The notes under the pieces were generated by a model that was not told the DNA's origin, searched no databases, and saw only the letters and a list, made by a program, of their open reading frames with translations. A stretch of 24,674 nt of DNA. Origin: a virus (Duplodnaviria; Caudoviricetes). The position numbers and the translations under genes are program-made. Below, piece after piece: positions 8,909 to 17,974 of this stretch; the stretch's first letter is position 1, and each line of letters opens with the position of its first letter. The stretch is taken from IMG/VR virus record IMGVR_UViG_3300022921_000100, positions 1 to 24,674 of that record. One strand, written 5' to 3'.

Positions 8909-9622
8909 ATGGCATTGCCAATGAATACCGCACCGATATATAAATTAACGGTGCCATCTACAGGAAAAGAAGTAGAATTTAGACCATTTTTAATAAAAGA
9001 AGAAAAAGCATTATTGATTGCACAACAATCAGAAGATCCACATGTAATGCTAAGTTCTATTAAAGAGGTAATTAAATCTTGTGTAAAACAAGATATAGAT
9101 GTTGATTCACTAGCGACGTTTGATATTGAATATATTTTTGTTAAATTAAGATCAAAATCTGTAGGTGAAATGATTGATCTAACATTAGAATGCGATACAT
9201 GTACTGATGATAAAGCTGTTGCAAAAGTAAACATAGATCTAACAAAGTTAAATGTATCTAGAAATGAAAAGCATACAAATAATATTAAGTTATTTGACGA
9301 TGTTGGTGTTATGATGAAATATCCAACAATTGATATTATTAAAGAATTAGAATCTGCTGAAGAAAATGATTACGAAAAAGTATTTGAAATCATAGGAAAA
9401 TGTATTGATACAGTATATAATAGTTCTGAAGTATTTCATATTAAAGAACAGCCAGAAGCAGAAACAATGGAATTTCTAAACAATTTAACTGGTGAACAGT
9501 TTGGAAAAATTAGAGAATTCTTTGATACAATGCCAGTTTTAGAACATGCTATACAATATACATGTCCAGTTTGTAACAAAGAACATAATAAACTACTAAG
9601 AGGACTTGAAAGTTTTTTTTAA
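8909..9622 (+). CDS. gp26: Baseplate hub subunit/assembly chaperone (usually annotated gp26)
   Basis: MALP..Y.L.VPSTGKEVEFRPFLIKEEK.LL, FDIEYIF..LRSKSVGE, two CxxC pairs; ends LRGLESFF. Confidence 0.9.
   Translation: MALPMNTAPIYKLTVPSTGKEVEFRPFLIKEEKALLIAQQSEDPHVMLSSIKEVIKSCVKQDIDVDSLATFDIEYIFVKLRSKSVGEMIDLTLECDTCTDDKAVAKVNIDLTKLNVSRNEKHTNNIKLFDDVGVMMKYPTIDIIKELESAEENDYEKVFEIIGKCIDTVYNSSEVFHIKEQPEAETMEFLNNLTGEQFGKIREFFDTMPVLEHAIQYTCPVCNKEHNKLLRGLESFF
9613..9619 (+). other. Candidate -1 ribosomal slippery heptamer T TTT TTT
   Basis: AGT TTT TTT TAA at the end of gp26; the -1 frame is open from 9610 to the stop at 9799-9801. Confidence 0.7.
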
Positions 9623-9801
9623 TAAATCTCTCTCATGAAAGTTTGCAGAATCACTATAAAACAAACTTTGCATTAATGCAGCATCATAACTATTCATTAT
9701 CTGATATAGAAAATATGATGCCTTTTGAGAGGGAAATCTACGTTGCTATGCTTATACAATTCTTAGAAGAAGAGAAACAAAAGAGAGAAAGTAAAGCTTA
9801 A
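9619..9801 (+). CDS. gp51: gp51-like baseplate hub assembly domain, probably expressed as a frameshift extension of gp26
   Basis: Not in the ORF track. Reads LINLSHESLQNHYKTNFALMQHHNYSLSDIENMMPFEREIYVAMLIQFLEEEKQKRESKA*; first ATG only at 9676. Confidence 0.82.
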   Translation, partial: LINLSHESLQNHYKTNFALMQHHNYSLSDIENMMPFEREIYVAMLIQFLEEEKQKRESKA

Positions 9802-11786
9802 TGAAAGAAATACTACAAAAGTTAGTACAACTTAACGAAAAGCAAAATAAAGAACTTCAGGGGCAAACAAAAGCTACCTTAGATCTTAAGAAAGAGTTTC
9901 GTTCTAAAGGAATGTCTGATGCAGACATAACAAAAGAATTAAAAAAGATTGCAGCCGGTGGATTTAAAGACACACTAACAAAACAAAATAAAGCCATATT
10001 AGATGAACAGCGAGAAAGAAAAGTTCATAATACTATTGCTGGAAATATTGGTGGTGCTGTTAAGCGAGGAGTAGGAGGAGCTGTTAGTGGTGTAGCTAAC
10101 TTTCTAACCCCTAGAGGCTTCTTAGATAAAACAGGTATTGTGAAAAAAGGTGGCGGTGGCATAATAGACCAAGCCTTTGAAGCTAGAAAAGCACGTAATG
10201 ATAGAATTAAAGCTCGTGTTATGGCTGGTGAAGTACCTGAAGTAAAAGGGGTTTTCAATAAATTAAAACAAGGCTTCCAATTAAGCGGCGAAGCAAAAAA
10301 AGAACAAAAACAAAGAAGAGAACAAGCAAAATTAGAAACTGCTGTTGAAAAAGATAAGCAGTTTATGATTAATAATGGCATTGACGAAAAAACTGCTGAA
10401 GAAGCTGCCATGAAAAAAGATGGTCGAGGACAAAAGTTAAATGCATTAGCAAAACTATCATCTATGTCATCATTTGGATCTAAAGACGATAAGAAAGATA
10501 GTAAAAATTCATCTAAAAAGGATGGTGAAGGTAAAAAAGATAGTAAAGGATTATCTGAAAAAGAACGTGAAGATATAAAAGCCCGTGATGATCAAACTAA
10601 ATTATTAGAAAAAATTGTTGAAAATACTGGTGGTTCAACTACAACAGGCGGTGGCAGTGAAGATACACCAAAAGGCGGCGGATTACTTAAAGGAATTGGA
10701 GCAGGATTAGGATTTTTAGGTAAAGGTATTGCTGGATTAGGAAAAGGTTTAGGAATACTTGCAAAATCGATTGGACAAGGATTAGCACAAGGTATATTGG
10801 CTATGGTACCTGCATTAGCAGCATTGGCTGCTCCTCCAGTCTTATTGGGTTTAGGTGCTTTAACATTAGCATTTATGGGTATCGGTAAAGCATTAGGTTA
10901 TATGGCTCCATTCATGGAAAAACTTGCTCCAGTATTATCTGATGTAGTTAAAACAATGGGAAGTGTATTAATAGAATTTATTAAAGGTATCCCAGAAATG
11001 ATTGTCCGTATTGGTGGAGTCATTACTGATTTGATTACAACAATAGCAGGTGCAATTACAGGATTTATGGATAAGATAGTCGAATCTATTGAAAGATTAT
11101 CTGTACTAGATGCTGGAAATATGCTGAAGGTTGGTTTAGGTCTTACTGCAATTGCTGGTGGTCTGATAGCATTTAGTGCGGGCGAAGCTGTAGCAGGGGT
11201 AACTAATCTTGTTGGAGGTTTATTTAGAGCAGTAACCGGTCAAAAATCTACTGTAGAAAACTTACAAGAAATTGCAGCATTAGGTCCAGACCTAGAAAAA
11301 GCTGGTGTTGGTATGGAAAAACTTGCCCGTGGAATGGGTGGATTTGATGATGTTGATAGTGAACAAGTTGAAGAACAAGTAGTTGCTGCAAGCGATATAG
11401 CAAAATCTGCAGATCCTGCTGGAGCAGTGGCTGCTACTAGAAAGAGTAATAAGTCTCAACGTAGACAAATGATTGACGAGAGACGCATGAAATTAAGACA
11501 ACAAGTTGAAGATCTTCCTCCAGGAGAATACATTATAAAACAAGGTGTTGTATATGACGCAAAATCTGGAGATATAGTTTCTGATACAAGTAAACAAATA
11601 TCAGATTATGATAGAGAAGCAAGAAAAGGTGGAGGTAATGCTAATATTAATGCTCCAACAAATACTAATATAAACACTCAAACATCTAATAACTTTATTA
11701 GACCACAAGTTAGAAATAATGATAATACAGTTTCTGCATATTATAGAGGAAATTGGGCCTTAGAGTCTAATGCATCATCGTTTTAA
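9801..11786 (+). CDS. Tail tape-measure-like protein (gp29 analogue)
   Basis: 661 aa, helical, Gly/Ala-rich amphipathic repeats (GLLKGIGAGLGFLGKGIAGLGKGLG), Asn/Thr-rich C-terminus (NINAPTNTNIN); follows gp26/gp51. Confidence 0.7.
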   Translation: MKEILQKLVQLNEKQNKELQGQTKATLDLKKEFRSKGMSDADITKELKKIAAGGFKDTLTKQNKAILDEQRERKVHNTIAGNIGGAVKRGVGGAVSGVANFLTPRGFLDKTGIVKKGGGGIIDQAFEARKARNDRIKARVMAGEVPEVKGVFNKLKQGFQLSGEAKKEQKQRREQAKLETAVEKDKQFMINNGIDEKTAEEAAMKKDGRGQKLNALAKLSSMSSFGSKDDKKDSKNSSKKDGEGKKDSKGLSEKEREDIKARDDQTKLLEKIVENTGGSTTTGGGSEDTPKGGGLLKGIGAGLGFLGKGIAGLGKGLGILAKSIGQGLAQGILAMVPALAALAAPPVLLGLGALTLAFMGIGKALGYMAPFMEKLAPVLSDVVKTMGSVLIEFIKGIPEMIVRIGGVITDLITTIAGAITGFMDKIVESIERLSVLDAGNMLKVGLGLTAIAGGLIAFSAGEAVAGVTNLVGGLFRAVTGQKSTVENLQEIAALGPDLEKAGVGMEKLARGMGGFDDVDSEQVEEQVVAASDIAKSADPAGAVAATRKSNKSQRRQMIDERRMKLRQQVEDLPPGEYIIKQGVVYDAKSGDIVSDTSKQISDYDREARKGGGNANINAPTNTNINTQTSNNFIRPQVRNNDNTVSAYYRGNWALESNASSF

Positions 11787-11812
11787 AAGAAAGGGGCCGA
11801 AGCCCCTTTTTC
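11785..11812. terminator. Bidirectional intrinsic terminator with a C(UUCG)G tetraloop on the minus strand
   Basis: aaagaaaGGGGC-cgaa-GCCCCttttt between the convergent tape measure and gp32 stops. Confidence 0.92.
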
Positions 11813-12745
11813 TTAGTCTTGATCCGCTATCTTTTGGAAGTAACTCATAACATCATCATCATCATCTGAACTGAGTGAGGGTTCAGGAGATGGTGCAGCT
11901 ACAGGTTCAGGAGCAGGAGCTGCTCTATATTCTGGTGCTGGTTGTGATGGTATATCTTCTTGTACAAGATCAGAAGCAGAAGCAGCTACGCCACCATCTC
12001 CACTGAGTACTTGATCAAGTTTAGTTTTTAGTTCTTCATAAGATTTGAAGTTCTTACGATCTAGGAATTCTCCTAGTCTATATTGTTTATTAACAACTTC
12101 TAAGATTGCTTCATCTGATGGTGCAACCGGAGCTGGATCAGAAAAAGATGATGAATCATAGTTAGGATAACCTTCAACTTTTTTCATTCTAAGTTTAAAG
12201 TTAGCACCTTCCCATAAATCAAACACATTCACTGGTTTCTCATCTTCAAATGTAGGTTTAGCTTTATCCATAATTTTATCAAAGATACGTTTACCATATC
12301 TAAATAACATTACTTTACCTTCATTTTCTGGGTTTGCAGGATCAGCAATAACAAGAACATTAGAGTAGAAATGTAATCTACGTTTTTGTTTTCTTGCAAT
12401 TTCTTTATTGGCTTCTACACCAGAATTCCATAACTTAGAATTCAATTCACCAACAGGATCACTTTCACCTAGAGTAGTTAAAGAGTTCTCGATGTACCAA
12501 CGACCAGATGGGCCTTGGAAACCATGTGAGAATACTTTTACCCAAGGTAATTCATCATCAGGGTGTTTTGGTAAGAAGCGGATTGTTGCAGTAGCGTTAC
12601 CTGCTTTGTCAGGGGTTGGTTTCCAAATACGATCATCTTCATAATTGTTTTTGGCTTGCTGACCTGGGTTTGCGATAGATTCAAATGCAGATGAGATCTG
12701 ATTGAAATCTTGATTACGGGATTGTCGTAACGTATTAATATCCAT
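11813..12745 (-). CDS. gp32: Single-stranded DNA-binding protein gp32
   Basis: DDRIWKP.DKAGNA.A.IRFLP, HGFQGPSGRWYIENSLTT, FDLWEGANFKL, acidic tail DDDDDVMSYFQKIA. Confidence 0.97.
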   Translation of the reverse strand: MDINTLRQSRNQDFNQISSAFESIANPGQQAKNNYEDDRIWKPTPDKAGNATATIRFLPKHPDDELPWVKVFSHGFQGPSGRWYIENSLTTLGESDPVGELNSKLWNSGVEANKEIARKQKRRLHFYSNVLVIADPANPENEGKVMLFRYGKRIFDKIMDKAKPTFEDEKPVNVFDLWEGANFKLRMKKVEGYPNYDSSSFSDPAPVAPSDEAILEVVNKQYRLGEFLDRKNFKSYEELKTKLDQVLSGDGGVAASASDLVQEDIPSQPAPEYRAAPAPEPVAAPSPEPSLSSDDDDDVMSYFQKIADQD

Positions 12746-12776
12746 AGTATTTCCTTAGTATTTGCGTAGTATAAAT

Positions 12777-13382
12777 TTAATATATTGTCGTAAGAAATTC
12801 ATTAACTTGTTTCTCAATCTTATCACGATTGTATTTGACAAAGCCTTTGAGCTTTTCAATACGTAATATATCATTCTCTAGTAAAATCAATGATGGCTCC
12901 TGTTTCCATTTTGCTATCATTGGTACGAAATCATTTAATATAACAATTGATTCCATACATATCAATTTTCCAAGATATAGTTTTATTATATATGGAAACT
13001 GATTTAATGTACAATTAATTATCTGATCTAAATTAAAATTATTCTTCTCAGATTCTAATTGTATTGTATTTATATCATTTAGAAAGGTATGTGTAATACT
13101 TTGCTTTCTTTTTATCCATTGTATGTAATTCTCTTCAGCTTCTTCCATACCATATATGATATTGTCGTTGCCAATAGATAAGTTAGCTACAATGAACTGT
13201 ATGATATCTTGGTCTTTTGGAAACTTTCTTGCTAGTTTCTCAAATAAGTATTTATCATTTCGTGCATTGAATGTTGCATAAGATCCTTTAATGTGACCTT
13301 TATTTTCGAATACGTTAAATTTTTCTTTTGTAAAATGTAGTTTTAATGCAATGTAATATCTAAAAGCCTTAAACCCCGTCAT
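12777..13382 (-). CDS. gp59: Helicase loader gp59
   Basis: GFKAFRYYIALKLHFT..FNARNDKYLFEKLARK; canonical 33-59-32 order. Confidence 0.92.
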   Translation of the reverse strand: MTGFKAFRYYIALKLHFTKEKFNVFENKGHIKGSYATFNARNDKYLFEKLARKFPKDQDIIQFIVANLSIGNDNIIYGMEEAEENYIQWIKRKQSITHTFLNDINTIQLESEKNNFNLDQIINCTLNQFPYIIKLYLGKLICMESIVILNDFVPMIAKWKQEPSLILLENDILRIEKLKGFVKYNRDKIEKQVNEFLTTIY

Positions 13383-13606
13383 ATATCAAGCCTTGCCCTC
13401 TTTGGTAACATATTTTCATCCATCAAATTAACTGCAATCTTTTGCTTTAGCGCTTTATTAACCATAGAACTTATATCTTCAGGGTCAATAAAATTTTCTT
13501 CGCAGTATTTTAAGACGGCTTCCATGTGGGTCAGACCTAATTCAGAGACTACACTATCTATATAGATAGCAAACTCTTGGGTATTTTTAAACATTTTGCC
13601 TTGCAT
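13379..13606 (-). CDS. gp33: Late transcription coactivator gp33
   Basis: EFAIYIDSVV..THMEAVLKYCEENFIDPEDI..LKQKI..ENMLP..LDI. Confidence 0.9.
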   Translation of the reverse strand: MQGKMFKNTQEFAIYIDSVVSELGLTHMEAVLKYCEENFIDPEDISSMVNKALKQKIAVNLMDENMLPKRARLDI

Positions 13607-13860
13607 TAAATCATTCCCATATAATAGTTGGCAAGTTTTAAATCATTATTGACTTTTTGCCATTCTTTATATCTAACTTTATATGCTTTCCATATAGGAT
13701 GAGATTGATCTTCAATGACACTCATCTTATCATCAAATAGTTGTAAGTATTCTTCAAAGAAATTATCGAGTTCTGCTTTACGTACAACTAAGCCTTCCTT
13801 AACAACTTCTATTTTCTTTACTTCTTTTCTACGGTAGAGATCTGCTAATAGTTTAGTCAT
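13606..13860 (-). CDS. Hypothetical protein (84 aa)
   Basis: Co-oriented and translationally coupled to gp33; SD-like AAGGA upstream. Confidence 0.7.
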   Translation of the reverse strand: MTKLLADLYRRKEVKKIEVVKEGLVVRKAELDNFFEEYLQLFDDKMSVIEDQSHPIWKAYKVRYKEWQKVNNDLKLANYYMGMI

Positions 13861-14002
13861 TTGAAGATCCTTTCACGTCTTTAAATCTTTCTTTTAAAAA
13901 TCTAATCACTTGAAACTCCTTAGTAAAGATATACTCTTCACCAAGATCTACATCAGTAACAATAAATCCATTTTGTACAGTTTTAACGCTCAATTCACTC
14001 AT
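13853..14002 (-). CDS. Small hypothetical protein (49 aa)
   Basis: Not in the ORF track. MSELSVKTVQNGFIVTDVDLGEEYIFTKEFQVIRFLKERFKDVKGSSND*; SD AGGTAGGA; fills the gap. Confidence 0.75.
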   Translation of the reverse strand: MSELSVKTVQNGFIVTDVDLGEEYIFTKEFQVIRFLKERFKDVKGSSND

Positions 14003-14016
14003 AATATTCCTACCTT

Positions 14017-14628
14017 TTATTTTAATTTTTTAGTAGCTTTCTTTTCTTCAATCTCTAAGATTGCTACCCTTTTCTTAAGTCTCTTACGAATTTCTTCAGA
14101 ATCATACCAAAGTTCTAAACCTTGTTTCACTTCGTTTAATTCTTTCTTATCTAAGAAACCTTTATAAGCATCATCTAATAACTTCTCAACTTGTTCAACA
14201 GTAAAGTCTGTTTGAGTCTTCACAGTTGTTGTATTACCAAAGTTACCAAAAGATGCAGTGTGTATCATCATATACGCTGTTTCAAATACATGTATATTGT
14301 GACAATACATTGATATAATAGAAGCAGCACTATGACATGCACCCATTAAAAATCCTGTTATCTCTGCTTGACAAACCATCATAGCGTTAATAATTGCTAT
14401 GGCTGTATCTAAATTTCCACCATTACTATTGATGTATAAATGTATACGATCAGTTGCTGGTGCATTAATTAATAATGAGATTAAATTCCTATACTTATGA
14501 GGATCTTCAATATCCATATCAAGAAATACTTCATGTGTTATACTAGATGAATGTACTGCATTGATATGTACGTTATTAGTTAAATTATTCAGGAGATTTG
14601 TTGTTACTACATCGTCATTATTATCCAT
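14017..14628 (-). CDS. ClpP-like (peptidase S14) protease
   Basis: IHLYINSNGG, GACHSAASII (catalytic Ser), MMIHTAS (catalytic His). Confidence 0.85.
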   Translation of the reverse strand: MDNNDDVVTTNLLNNLTNNVHINAVHSSSITHEVFLDMDIEDPHKYRNLISLLINAPATDRIHLYINSNGGNLDTAIAIINAMMVCQAEITGFLMGACHSAASIISMYCHNIHVFETAYMMIHTASFGNFGNTTTVKTQTDFTVEQVEKLLDDAYKGFLDKKELNEVKQGLELWYDSEEIRKRLKKRVAILEIEEKKATKKLK

Positions 14629-14630
14629 TG

Positions 14631-15176
14631 TTATCTCGTTTTATAAAAAATATGGTTTCCTATTTGCGCAGTCTTTTTATACTTCCAACGTGGGTTAACA
14701 TAGTTGGCATGATAAAAGATTGCACCTCCTGTAAAGTCTTCTATATGATCACGATTAACATATATATGCATCGCTAATTCTCTAATATAATTATACACTT
14801 TTCTTTCTTCTCGTGTATAATTATATGTTGTTGCTTTACTTCTAAGACTTGGATCACACCACCATGTAAATTGGCAGGTTTTTCCAAGCTTTTCTCTAAC
14901 AACATGACATAGATTATTTGGGTAAAGTTTACTTAATGATCTATTCATTGTTACTAAAGCTATGGCGACATGTCCATCTTTGCCTTCGCCTCTAGCTTCG
15001 TAATATATATTTTGTGCTAAACACTCAACTTGTTTACGATCTATTTCATCTAACTGTGAGTATCTTATTATCTGTTCTTCTTGATAAGATGTTTTAGCAT
15101 CTGGTTCTGTTTCAAAAATTGCCACTGATAAAACAAATACAATAAAAATTGCAAGTACAATAACTCTTGGTTTCAT
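14631..15176 (-). CDS. SleB/CwlJ-like cell wall hydrolase (Hydrolase_2) with an N-terminal membrane anchor
   Basis: ECLAQNIYYEARGE, VTMNR, CQFTWWC, GAIFYHANYVNPRW, IGNHIFY; hydrophobic residues 5-21. Confidence 0.9.
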   Translation of the reverse strand: MKPRVIVLAIFIVFVLSVAIFETEPDAKTSYQEEQIIRYSQLDEIDRKQVECLAQNIYYEARGEGKDGHVAIALVTMNRSLSKLYPNNLCHVVREKLGKTCQFTWWCDPSLRSKATTYNYTREERKVYNYIRELAMHIYVNRDHIEDFTGGAIFYHANYVNPRWKYKKTAQIGNHIFYKTR

Positions 15177-15196
15177 AGTTACTTCCTTATTTTAGT

Positions 15197-15225
15197 ATTA
15201 TATCCTAATTACTAATTAAAGTACA
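15197..15225 (-). promoter_or_regulatory. Sigma70-type phage early/middle promoter (copy 1)
   Basis: TGTACT-17 nt-TATAAT upstream of the hydrolase. Confidence 0.8.
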
Positions 15226-15863
15226 TTGTTTTTTACGTTTAAACGCAATTTAACTAACTTTTCGATATAATCTTTACGTTTCTTTTTAAATACCTGCGGC
15301 AGTTCATCATCCACACCAACTATAATAACTATATTAGGTATTTTAATCCTGTACATCTCTTCAAACATAAGAGAGTAAGCTGTAGCCTGAATGAAATAAT
15401 TTTCAATCTTGGATTCTTCTTTAGGACGTTTTGCGGTCTTAAAGTCAATGACAGATAGTTCACCATCATATTCACCGATACAATCTACTGTACCGGCCAT
15501 TTCAAGCTTATCAGTATACAACATATTCTCTAACGCATGTATGTTATCAATCTTATCAACAATAGGTTTCAAAGATGTCCACATATCATGGTTAAACATA
15601 TCAACTTGTAGAGGTTCGCCTTTAAGAAAGGATTCACATAGTTCATGGATCTGAGTACCTCTACTCGCTGCTCTGTTCGATATACGATTCGCTTCGTCTT
15701 CACCAACGCGATCTCGCCATGCTTTAATTGCAGCTTCGTTTAATTTGCCAGTTACAGTTGTAACTGATGGGTAACGATTCCCATTAGGAACTTCGTATAA
15801 TCTACCATTATCGGTATCGATACGTTTAATCACAGGGTATTCATGATGTATAAAATTTTTCAT
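15216..15863 (-). CDS. PD-(D/E)XK exonuclease
   Basis: YPSVTTV, WRDRVG, RGTQIH, AGTVDCIG, VIDFKT, YFIQATAY. Confidence 0.88.
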   Translation of the reverse strand: MKNFIHHEYPVIKRIDTDNGRLYEVPNGNRYPSVTTVTGKLNEAAIKAWRDRVGEDEANRISNRAASRGTQIHELCESFLKGEPLQVDMFNHDMWTSLKPIVDKIDNIHALENMLYTDKLEMAGTVDCIGEYDGELSVIDFKTAKRPKEESKIENYFIQATAYSLMFEEMYRIKIPNIVIIVGVDDELPQVFKKKRKDYIEKLVKLRLNVKNNVL

Positions 15864-15872
15864 TATATAGAT

Positions 15873-15901
15873 ATTATATCATAAGTACTAATTAAAGTAC
15901 A
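15873..15901 (-). promoter_or_regulatory. Sigma70-type phage early/middle promoter (copy 2)
   Basis: TGTACT-17 nt-TATAAT with extended -10 TGn. Confidence 0.8.
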
Positions 15902-15906
15902 CTGTT

Positions 15907-16128
15907 TTATTGATATTTTTTCTTCAATGTAGGCAGTTTTTTGCCATCTTCTGTATACTTAGTATCATCCTTTGGAGCCTCGGCAGGCTCCTCTGGAGTG
16001 ATAGTAATTGTTTCAGATTCTAATACTATAGGCTCTTCAGCCTTATCACAACTGGTTAATAATAAAACTGCAAGTATTAGTAATAAACCAATACTTATTG
16101 GTCTTAAACCATAGTTATGTCTAATCAT
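15907..16128 (-). CDS. Small lipoprotein downstream of the endolysin (possible spanin/lysis accessory)
   Basis: Hydrophobic signal peptide ending in lipobox LLTS-C; Pro/Glu-rich mature part. Confidence 0.65.
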   Translation of the reverse strand: MIRHNYGLRPISIGLLLILAVLLLTSCDKAEEPIVLESETITITPEEPAEAPKDDTKYTEDGKKLPTLKKKYQ

Positions 16129-16131
16129 TAG

Positions 16132-16770
16132 TTATCCTAATATTTCCATAGCATGATCGTAATGTTTAATACGATCTTCTAAACCAATATAACCACCGTT
16201 AATACGTTTGGTCATACCCTTAATATCTTTCTCATCAGCATACTTATTTAATCCATTCTTATTCCAGAACCAAATAGCAGCTAATAATGAGGTTGGTATG
16301 TGATCACATAATAGATCAGGATCATCCATAACTGTTTCAGGATCATCAAAGAAATCATTAGCAAAGTTTGTATAGTTATCCTTACCAGTTAATTGGATTG
16401 GGCCTCTTCCTCTATAGAACCAACCATCTCCAGATTCTGTATCACCATTACCCATACGATTAGCATAGATAACATTGGCGATTTTTTCTGGTTGTCTGTG
16501 ATATTCTTGAGCATCTCGGCCAGCATTCTTAAAATACTTTGGAAATATTTTATCTAATGCCTCAGCCGAGTAGTTCAAGTTTTCGGTTAGTACAGTAAAA
16601 TTCCTTGATTCATGTCCACACTGTGCAATAAATGCTGCAACTCTAGGTGCTGTTGTAATCTCGAATTTAGGAAAGTATTCAACCATTGCTTCATGCCAAG
16701 ATGATACCTCTTTGTTTCCCTTCAAAAGGTCCTCTAGTTTTTTTTGTGTGAAATCGAATTCAAATGACAT
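16132..16770 (-). CDS. Glycoside hydrolase family 19 endolysin
   Basis: RVAAFIAQCGHES, ENLNYS, YANRMGNG, DGWFYRGRGPIQLTGKDNY, TKRINGG..GLEDR. Start moved to ATG 16770, which has SD GGAG. Confidence 0.93.
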   Translation of the reverse strand: MSFEFDFTQKKLEDLLKGNKEVSSWHEAMVEYFPKFEITTAPRVAAFIAQCGHESRNFTVLTENLNYSAEALDKIFPKYFKNAGRDAQEYHRQPEKIANVIYANRMGNGDTESGDGWFYRGRGPIQLTGKDNYTNFANDFFDDPETVMDDPDLLCDHIPTSLLAAIWFWNKNGLNKYADEKDIKGMTKRINGGYIGLEDRIKHYDHAMEILG

Positions 16771-16780
16771 TTTTACTCCC

Positions 16781-16966
16781 TTATTTTTCTTTTTTCCATA
16801 GTGTCCATGCACCGTAACCAATTGCGGCCCAGGCTGCGATGTTCACAAGTGGGTGTGCTACTAATGCTAATACACCAACACCAATTAGTGCTGCACCATC
16901 CCATGATGTTCTTTCGGCCCAACGGGCTTTAACCCAGTCCATGACCATTGTTAATAAACCTTCCAT
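16781..16966 (-). CDS. Putative holin / small two-TM membrane protein (61 aa)
   Basis: Start moved to ATG 16966 (SD AGGAG). ERTSWDG, two hydrophobic segments and a basic C-terminus; immediately upstream of the endolysin. Confidence 0.6.
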   Translation of the reverse strand: MEGLLTMVMDWVKARWAERTSWDGAALIGVGVLALVAHPLVNIAAWAAIGYGAWTLWKKEK

Positions 16967-16976
16967 AAGTTTCTCC

Positions 16977-17723
16977 TTATTTGTCTTCAACAACATCTTC
17001 ATATCTTAGTTTAGCTGTAATATAATCTTTAACTAAACTAGATCTTACAATATCGTCTACTGTAAATTCAATACGCTCAAATGACTGCATATGTTGAGCA
17101 ATATCGAAAAATTTAAGCAAGCCAGATTTATCATTCGCCCTCCTTAAATCTGTTTGCCTATAGTCACCGCACCACATGATTTTCGATCTATAACCGACTC
17201 GTGTCATGACAGTGTCTATCTCTTCAAAGTTCATATTCTGCATTTCATCTACAATAATGATAGCGTCATCAAATGACATACCACGAATAAATGATGTAGA
17301 TATAAACCTAACGTATCCTTGTTCTTCTAATCTTTGGTAAGCATCTGACCGACCAAATAATGTTTCACAGATCTGTTTATATGGTTGTTGATAGATTTCC
17401 ATCTTATCAGCAACATCTCCAGGTAAATGTCCCATATCCCTAGATTGTACAGCAGATCTTACAATAATAATCTTTTTAAAGAAGTTACCTTTATCTAATA
17501 CTTCTTCTATTGCTTTATAAAAAGCACAAAATGTTTTACCTGTACCTGCAACCCCATGTAATGCTATAAAATAACTTCCTAACTTATATGCATCAAAGAA
17601 TTTTTTTTGATTGTCTGTTAGTGGATCAATCTTCACTAGCATATCGGGTTTAATTGTTAACGAATTACTTTTTTGCGGTTGCGTAACACCTTCCGGGTGA
17701 GACGCTGCCTTACGTCTAGCCAT
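16977..17723 (-). CDS. phoH: PhoH-family ATPase
   Basis: Walker A GVAGTGKT, MGHLPG, FIRGMSFDDAIIIVDEMQN, GDYRQTDL, DIVRSSLV. Confidence 0.95.
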   Translation of the reverse strand: MARRKAASHPEGVTQPQKSNSLTIKPDMLVKIDPLTDNQKKFFDAYKLGSYFIALHGVAGTGKTFCAFYKAIEEVLDKGNFFKKIIIVRSAVQSRDMGHLPGDVADKMEIYQQPYKQICETLFGRSDAYQRLEEQGYVRFISTSFIRGMSFDDAIIIVDEMQNMNFEEIDTVMTRVGYRSKIMWCGDYRQTDLRRANDKSGLLKFFDIAQHMQSFERIEFTVDDIVRSSLVKDYITAKLRYEDVVEDK

Positions 17724-17731
17724 ATAGCTCC

Positions 17732-17974
17732 TTACGTATTGAATGTTTTATTGAGTTCAGATCCTGGAGATCTAGAGTGAATCTTTTGCATGACTTCCTT
17801 AAAACCTTGGTCAGTTTTACGAATGCCTAGTTTTACGGGATCAATTAATGGATTAGAACCGAGTACAGATTCTATATGTGGATTTTCTTTTAAGTATTCT
17901 TCTTTAGATGCAATACTCATAAACTTCTCGAATACTTCACCTGTGTTTGTATCTTTAAAATCATACAGAGGCAT
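17732..17974 (-). CDS. FmdB-like small regulatory protein (Cys-less variant)
   Basis: MPLYDFKDTNTGEVFE...YLKENPHI...GFKEVMQKI; position upstream of phoH is typical of T4-like phages. Confidence 0.7.
   Translation of the reverse strand: MPLYDFKDTNTGEVFEKFMSIASKEEYLKENPHIESVLGSNPLIDPVKLGIRKTDQGFKEVMQKIHSRSPGSELNKTFNT

Noticed and set aside
15216-15863. Exonuclease as Cas4 indicating a CRISPR system
   Set aside because: Lacks the four-Cys Fe-S pattern, and there are no cas genes or array; a common T4-like PD-(D/E)XK nuclease.
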